Shown here: piece after piece, positions 27,666 through 32,000 of the stretch
How positions within the stretch are numbered: position 1 is the first letter of the stretch
Layout of the letters: every line of letters begins with the position of its first letter
Source: Dickeya solani IPO 2222
GTDB taxonomy: Bacteria > Pseudomonadota > Gammaproteobacteria > Enterobacterales > Enterobacteriaceae
Assembly (NCBI RefSeq): GCF_001644705.1
Contig: NZ_CP015137.1
Span: forward strand, 3,450,001 to 3,482,000
Length of the DNA stretch: 32,000 nucleotides
Direction: 5' to 3'
The notes under the pieces: generated by a model
The model's input: only the letters and a program-made list of their open reading frames with translations
Told to the model about the DNA's origin: nothing
Database searches by the model: none
Translations under genes and position numbers: made by a program

Positions 27666-28789
27666 GCGATCAATTGCTCCATAATGCGTTGATACATTCG
27701 GCTCAGCAGTTGCAGGTCGGCGGCGCTGACGCACTCGTTCACTTTATGGATGGTCGCGTTGATCGGCCCCAATTCCACCACCTGTGCGCCCATGCGGGCA
27801 ATAAAGCGGCCATCCGAGGTTCCACCGGTAGTCAGGAGCTGCGGAGTGATTTCACTGTAGTGTTCAACGGCGTTGACTACCGCATCCACCAGTTCGCCGC
27901 GGCTGGTCAGGAACGGATGACCGGATAACTGCCACTCCAGCGTGTAGTTAAGCTGATGGCGATCAAGCAGGGCTTTGACCTGTTGTTTAATTAGCTCATC
28001 GGTCAGCTCAGTGCTAAAGCGGAAATTGAATTGCACGTTCATCTCGCCAGGAATCACGTTATTACTGCCGGTGCCTGCGTTGATGTTGGCTATCTGCATG
28101 CTGGTGGAGGGGAAGAATTCGTTGCCCTGGTCCCAGACGGTCGCCACCAGTTCATTCAACGCCGGCATGGCTCGATGCACCGGGTTGTCCGCCAGATGCG
28201 GGTAAGCAACATGGCCCTGAATGCCGTGAATCCGCAGATTGGCGGTAATCGAACCGCGACGGCCGTTTTTCACCACATCGCCGACCCGAACGGTACTGGA
28301 CGGTTCGCCGACCAGGCAGTAGTCCAGCCGTTCCTGACGCGCCATCAGCGTTTCCACGACCTTGACGGTGCCGTTGACGGCGCTGGCTTCTTCGTCGGAG
28401 GTGATAAGAAACGCCAGTCGCCCCTGATGATTGGGGTGCGCTGCGACAAAACGCTCCGCCGCCACTACCATTGCCGCCAGCGAACCTTTCATGTCCGCCG
28501 CGCCGCGGCCGTACAACATACCGTCTCGAATAGTGGGTTCAAACGGCGGGGCCTGCCATTGACTTTCATTACCAACAGGCACGACATCGGTGTGACCGGC
28601 AAACGCCAGTGTCTTTCCCTGACCACGCCAGGCCCAGAAGTTCTGGGTATCACCGAAATCCAGCGTTTCGATGATAAAACCGATGGCTTGCAGGCGTTCA
28701 ATCATGAGCGCCTGGCAACCGGCGTCATCCGGGCTGAGGGACGGGCGTTTGATGAGCTGCTGGGCCAGTTCAATTACCGGGCAAGACAT
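27662..28789 (-). CDS. dapE: Succinyl-diaminopimelate desuccinylase DapE
   Basis: 375 aa, [38 protein letters not shown]...GHTDVVP...[15 protein letters not shown]. Collinear with E. coli DapE as I recall it. Confidence 0.97.
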   Translation of the reverse strand: MSCPVIELAQQLIKRPSLSPDDAGCQALMIERLQAIGFIIETLDFGDTQNFWAWRGQGKTLAFAGHTDVVPVGNESQWQAPPFEPTIRDGMLYGRGAADMKGSLAAMVVAAERFVAAHPNHQGRLAFLITSDEEASAVNGTVKVVETLMARQERLDYCLVGEPSSTVRVGDVVKNGRRGSITANLRIHGIQGHVAYPHLADNPVHRAMPALNELVATVWDQGNEFFPSTSMQIANINAGTGSNNVIPGEMNVQFNFRFSTELTDELIKQQVKALLDRHQLNYTLEWQLSGHPFLTSRGELVDAVVNAVEHYSEITPQLLTTGGTSDGRFIARMGAQVVELGPINATIHKVNECVSAADLQLLSRMYQRIMEQLIA

Positions 28790-29153
28790 GTGAGGTGTTC
28801 TCCGTAAAAAAGTGCTGATAGCTGTCGTCGCTGAAACCGAGCAGGTTTTTTCCGTCCTCGGTCACCAGCAACGGGCGTTTGATCAACGCCGGTTGCTCCA
28901 GCATAACAGCTTTTGCCGCCGCTTCATTGTCGATGGTGTTACGGTATCCTTCTTCCAGCCTACGCCAGGTGGTGCCCCGGGTGTTCAGTAGAGGTTGCCA
29001 GCCCATGTGGTCGATAAAGGATTGCAGGCGCTCTCCTTCCAGCCCGTCGACCCGGTAATCATGAAAACGGTAGTCGATCTGATGCTCTTCCAGCCAACGA
29101 CGGGCCTTTTTTATGGTGTCGCAATTCTTAATGCCGTACAGGATGATGGCCAT
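28770..29153 (-). CDS. yffB: ArsC-family thioredoxin-fold protein YffB
   Basis: 127 aa, [34 protein letters not shown]...[10 protein letters not shown]...IKRPLL as in E. coli YffB as I recall it. The 3' end overlaps the dapE start by 20 nt. Confidence 0.88.
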   Translation of the reverse strand: MAIILYGIKNCDTIKKARRWLEEHQIDYRFHDYRVDGLEGERLQSFIDHMGWQPLLNTRGTTWRRLEEGYRNTIDNEAAAKAVMLEQPALIKRPLLVTEDGKNLLGFSDDSYQHFFTENTSHVLPGN

Positions 29154-29383
29154 ATGGTTAAAATCCGTTATTTTTCATGTCGTAAGGGAAAAAAGCATAC
29201 AACACAAACGCTGGATGCGGCAGAGTATTAAAATTATCTTAAGAAATCATGGGGTTGACTTGATTGGCTATGTTGCGGAAATGCGAAAGAGAGCACATTT
29301 TTGCGCCCCAAACTCTTTATCTTGGTCAAAAAAGAAGCGTATAATAACCCCGTAGAAAACAAAATCCCTAAGGAGCTACCATC

Positions 29384-29443
29384 ATGATCGAAGTCGAACT
29401 CAACAACTGGAAAAGCTTCATCGACGCAATGCTGCGTAAGTAA
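29384..29443 (+). CDS. ypfM: 19-aa small protein, YpfM-like (below the ORF-track length cutoff)
   Basis: ATG 29384 to TAA 29441-29443 encodes MIEVELNNWKSFIDAMLRK. AAGGAG (29370-29375) lies 8 nt upstream and TATAAT is at 29340-29345. A strong terminator lies downstream. The sequence resembles my recollection of E. coli YpfM (MIERELGNWKDFIEVMLRK), which is also next to yffB. Confidence 0.7.
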   Translation: MIEVELNNWKSFIDAMLRK

Positions 29444-29515
29444 GTGCTGATGTATTTAGACTAGTACAATTTTTTTTACTGTCATTAGTCACCAGGTCCC
29501 TTATTGAGTGTCACC

Positions 29516-29547
29516 AAAGCAGCAACCCACGGGTTGCTGCTTTTTTT
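29516..29547 (+). terminator. Intrinsic terminator downstream of ypfM
   Basis: GCAGCAACC (29519-29527) pairs with GGTTGCTGC (29532-29540), loop CACG, followed by seven T (29541-29547) and preceded by AAA. Confidence 0.85.
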
Positions 29548-30217
29548 ATGTGATTGGCTCGGGGTTTAATGGACTGATTTTTAAAAATTAATTTTCGCTT
29601 AAGGTGAGCGTGTTATTCATAAAATCCCCCGTTTTACCCCGTTTTTTTCTTCTCGTTTTTGTGATGAGGTTCTCAATCTTTCGCTCATGTTTTTCGATCT
29701 GCTGCCGGGGATGACGGTGGCTAAATGAGGAAGCCTGAGTAAATAAAAGAGGCTATTATTTGCCTTTTCTTGCCTGTGCGAACCTGGCTCATTGATCCAA
29801 AGCAAAGCGTGCCGCTGCCGACGCGCGCAGTTATGTGGTCTCCAGCTACGGGGTCATCACATTACTCGGACGGATATAGCCCGCCCAACGTCTCTTTCAT
29901 CTATTGATCGATAATGTATTGATCGATGATGCGGTAATCAGGCTGGGTCGATCCGCTGCTTCATGCCGCCAGGTAGTCCATAACCCCAGTATTTTCTGCA
30001 TTGTTGTTTCGGATGACCAAAAAAAGTGGCTAACTGCGTGTAAAATACCAAAGAATATGTTTGTGGCTTATAAATATGTGGGGTGAATGGAGTCAGCTCG
30101 CTTTTTTATCATGTTTTATCACTTTTTGATGATGTTCGGCTGGACAAATGCGCTGCTACTTGCTGTACTGTATTTGACACAGATTTTGTGTCGTTCATTC
30201 ATGTAAAGGTAAGTTTG

Positions 30218-30427
30218 ATGTCTAAGATTAAAGGTAGCGTTAAGTGGTTTAATGAATCCAAAGGATTCGGTTTCATTACTCCGGAAGATGGCAGCAAGGA
30301 CGTATTCGTTCACTTTTCTGCTATCCAGAGCAACGGTTTCAAAACCCTGGCTGAAGGTCAGCGCGTAGAGTTTGAAATCACCAGTGGCGCTAAAGGACCT
30401 TCTGCTGCTAACGTTATCGCTATTTAA
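30218..30427 (+). CDS. cspE: Cold-shock-domain protein CspE
   Basis: 69 aa, [69 protein letters not shown]. Has RNP1 KGFGFI and RNP2 VFVHF. Differs from E. coli CspE at only a few residues as I recall it. The track's 114-aa version is an upstream extension. Confidence 0.94.
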   Translation: MSKIKGSVKWFNESKGFGFITPEDGSKDVFVHFSAIQSNGFKTLAEGQRVEFEITSGAKGPSAANVIAI

Positions 30428-30443
30428 TTATACCGATTTCCTG

Positions 30444-30474
30444 AAAAACCCGCCTGATGGCGGGTTTTTATTTT
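30444..30474. terminator. Bidirectional intrinsic terminator between convergent cspE and crcB
   Basis: ACCCGCC (30448-30454) pairs with GGCGGGT (30459-30465), loop TGAT. It is flanked by AAAAA on the 5' side and TTTTTATTTT on the 3' side. Confidence 0.88.
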
Positions 30475-30488
30475 GTGTCTTACCCATC

Positions 30489-30872
30489 TCAGTGAGCGCT
30501 CAGCCAGCCCATCAGCGCGAATGCCAGCGCCGTCATAACCAGCGAACCAAGCAGATTGAGCAGCAAATTGAACAGCGCCGCTGCCCATTCACCGCTCTGC
30601 AGCAAGGTAACCATTTCGTAGGAAAAGGTAGAGAACGTTGTCAGACCGCCGCAAAAACCGGTCGTGAGCAACAGTTTCCAGTGTGACGGAAGGTCGGGCT
30701 GGCGCATGAAATAGCTCATGGCCGCACCGATAATGAAGGCGCCGATCAGGTTGGCCAGCAGTGTGCCGGCGGGAATCTGGGGAAACAGATTATTAAAGCG
30801 CACGCTGAGTTGCCAGCGCGCGACGCTGCCAATTCCGCCGCCGATAAAAACAGCAAGTAACGTACTATACAT
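30489..30872 (-). CDS. crcB: Fluoride channel CrcB (FluC)
   Basis: 127 aa from the ATG at 30872 ([20 protein letters not shown]...[13 protein letters not shown]...), the same length as E. coli CrcB as I recall it. AAGGTGA lies upstream. The track's TTG at 30890 is a 6-codon extension. Confidence 0.92.
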   Translation of the reverse strand: MYSTLLAVFIGGGIGSVARWQLSVRFNNLFPQIPAGTLLANLIGAFIIGAAMSYFMRQPDLPSHWKLLLTTGFCGGLTTFSTFSYEMVTLLQSGEWAAALFNLLLNLLGSLVMTALAFALMGWLSAH

Positions 30873-30929
30873 AGTCACCTTTTCATTCAAGGGTAAGTTG
30901 GGCTAATCTCGAAAGGGCACGCCCGATTG

Positions 30930-30986
30930 AGGGACTCGCAGACATCATCAGCCGGAAGGGCGGTTATGGAGGAATGTCATCTCCGT
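30930..30986 (-). promoter_or_regulatory. Fluoride riboswitch (crcB RNA motif) in the crcB leader
   Basis: Minus-strand RNA from 30984 to 30935 reads GGAGAUGACAUUCCUCCAUAACCGCCCUUCCGGCUGAUGAUGUCUGCGAG. P1 is GGAG/CUCC. It has conserved AACCGCC, the hairpin GCC-CUUCC-GGC, conserved CUGAUGAUG, and pseudoknot pairing GACAU/AUGUC. It ends 62 nt upstream of the crcB ATG. Confidence 0.85.
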
Positions 30987-31081
30987 TACTGGCTAGTAAA
31001 GTCTACCCGCATGCTGATGATTTTTGTAGCCGTGGCATTTTTACCAAATGTATCCGCCTGTTAGGTATAAAGGAGCCTGAT

Positions 31082-31870
31082 ATGAAAGTGGCGCTCGGTC
31101 AGTTTGCCGTGCAACGTCTATGGCAAGACAACGCCCAGACCTGCATAACATTAATGGCCCAGGCGGAGTCCGCCGGGGCTGATTTGCTGGTGCTGCCGGA
31201 GGCGGTGCTGGCGCGAGACAATACGGACCCGGAATGGGGCGTCGGTTGCGCCCAGCCGATCACCGGCCCGTTTGTCAGCCAGTTGCTGACTGCCAGCCAG
31301 TCTCTGGATATCAGCGTGGTGTTTACCCTGCATACGCCGGCGGCGGATGGGCGTGTGCATAATACGTTGCTGGTTATCCGGCGGGGCGAAGTGTTGGTTC
31401 ATTATCACAAGCTGCACCTGTATGACGCCTTTACGGTACAGGAGTCCCGACGGGTGTCGCCAGGAACGGCGTTGCCGCCGGTGGTGGAGGTGGCGGGAAT
31501 GCGTGTCGGGCTGATGGTGTGCTACGACATCCGTTTCGCCGAGATGGCGCGCCAGCTGGCGGTCAGCGGCGCTGATGTGCTGGTGGTGCCGGCGGCTTGG
31601 GTGAAAGGCCCGCAGAAGGAAGCGCACTGGGAATTGCTGGCACGAGCACGGGCGCTCGAGAACACCTGTTATCTGGTGGCGACAGGGGAGTGCAGCGACA
31701 GGAATATCGGCAATAGCATGGTGGTGGACCCGATGGGCGTGGTTATCGCCCAGGCCGCCGAACAACCTGAATTGCTGCTGGCGGAACTGAAGCTGGAGCG
31801 TATTCAAGCCGTTCGCCGCCAGTTACCTGTGCTGCATCACAATCGTTTTAAACCACCTGTACTACGATAA
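31082..31870 (+). CDS. ybeM: Carbon-nitrogen hydrolase (nitrilase-superfamily) protein, YbeM-like
   Basis: 262 aa from the ATG at 31082, with AAGGAG 6 nt upstream. Glu-Lys-Cys triad contexts are LLVLPE, HYHKLHLYD and GLMVCYDIRF. It is next to crcB and cspE as ybeM is in E. coli. The track start at 30974 would run through the riboswitch region and is rejected. Confidence 0.85.
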   Translation: MKVALGQFAVQRLWQDNAQTCITLMAQAESAGADLLVLPEAVLARDNTDPEWGVGCAQPITGPFVSQLLTASQSLDISVVFTLHTPAADGRVHNTLLVIRRGEVLVHYHKLHLYDAFTVQESRRVSPGTALPPVVEVAGMRVGLMVCYDIRFAEMARQLAVSGADVLVVPAAWVKGPQKEAHWELLARARALENTCYLVATGECSDRNIGNSMVVDPMGVVIAQAAEQPELLLAELKLERIQAVRRQLPVLHHNRFKPPVLR

Positions 31871-32000
31871 CAACAAGGCATCACATGCCGGATAAAAAAC
31901 AGCGCTGGCGATGGGCGTCTTACTTTGTTACAGATGACCATTGCCTTATCCGGTGTATCGATTTAAAAAAGAGCAATGTAAAGCGCGCTGGCTTTTCCAG

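Noticed and set aside
29610-29714. 34-codon hydrophobic ORF (MLFIKSPVLPRFFLLVFVMRFSIFRSCFSICCRG), considered as a type I toxin-like peptide.
   Set aside because: The GTG start is only 2 nt from the AGGTGA, which is poor spacing. Arginines interrupt the hydrophobic stretch. I could not find an antisense partner or a conserved toxin-locus architecture. It is derived from a T-rich tract that yields Phe and Leu codons by composition alone.
29617-30086. Track ORFs 29617-29805 (minus strand, 62 aa) and 29904-30086 (plus strand, 60 aa) in the AT-rich gap.
   Set aside because: They have non-ATG starts and no Shine-Dalgarno sequence, their composition is unlike the neighbouring genes, and they have no recognisable motifs. 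The second simply reads through the ATTGATCGAT repeats.
31885-32000. Open frame from ATG 31885 (MPDKKQRWRWASYFVTDDHCLIRC...) running off the window end, and the CCGGATAA/TTATCCGG inverted repeat (about 31890-31950).
   Set aside because: Only 38 codons are visible, the peptide is unrecognisable, and it is not TatE, which follows ybeM in E. coli as I recall. The start lies inside a small GGCAT/ATGCC hairpin. The inverted repeat is only 8 bp with a spacer of about 50 bp. Neither can be supported without the downstream sequence.
1-32000. Scan for tRNA or rRNA genes, CRISPR arrays, IS or transposase genes, integrases, and defence or toxin-antitoxin genes.
   Set aside because: I found none. All long ORFs are accounted for by housekeeping or transporter genes. 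The only interspersed repeat is the ERIC element.

Overview
The window is an ordinary chromosomal stretch of an Enterobacterales genome. The proteins closely resemble E. coli orthologues as I recall them, an ERIC element is present, and the DNA looks GC-richer than E. coli. A Dickeya/Brenneria-type Pectobacteriaceae origin is only a guess. All family assignments rest on recalled orthologue sequences and motifs, with no database search.

I call 32 protein genes, nearly all housekeeping:
- ybbP (3' part)
- a Fur-box-controlled pair: siderophore-type periplasmic binding protein plus TonB-dependent receptor
- a polar-amino-acid ABC binding protein plus permease, with no ATPase gene
- mglBAC and galS
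- purMN, upp, uraA, hda, yfgD, bepA, bcp, gcvR, dapA, bamC, purC
- a yeaL-type membrane protein, tmcA, ypfH, ypfN
- a signal-less VanY-like M15 peptidase, dapE, yffB
- a 19-codon ypfM-like small ORF that is missing from the ORF track
- cspE, crcB and a ybeM-like C-N hydrolase

The supported non-coding features are:
- a fluoride (crcB-motif) riboswitch upstream of crcB
- twin CRP-plus-gal-operator modules at mglB and galS
- a PurR box at purM and the UTP-sensing T-tract promoter of upp
- a Fur box
- an enlarged ERIC element
- two short tandem-repeat arrays
- several intrinsic terminators

I found no tRNA or rRNA genes, CRISPR array, IS element, prophage or recognisable defence or toxin genes. 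I found no convincing novel multi-gene system.

The observations most worth following up are:
- the riboswitch
- the 17-bp repeat array seeded at the tmcA stop codon
- the M15 peptidase translationally coupled to dapE
- the two incomplete transporter modules
- the ypfM-like small ORF
- the roughly 670-bp AT-rich gene-free gap before cspE
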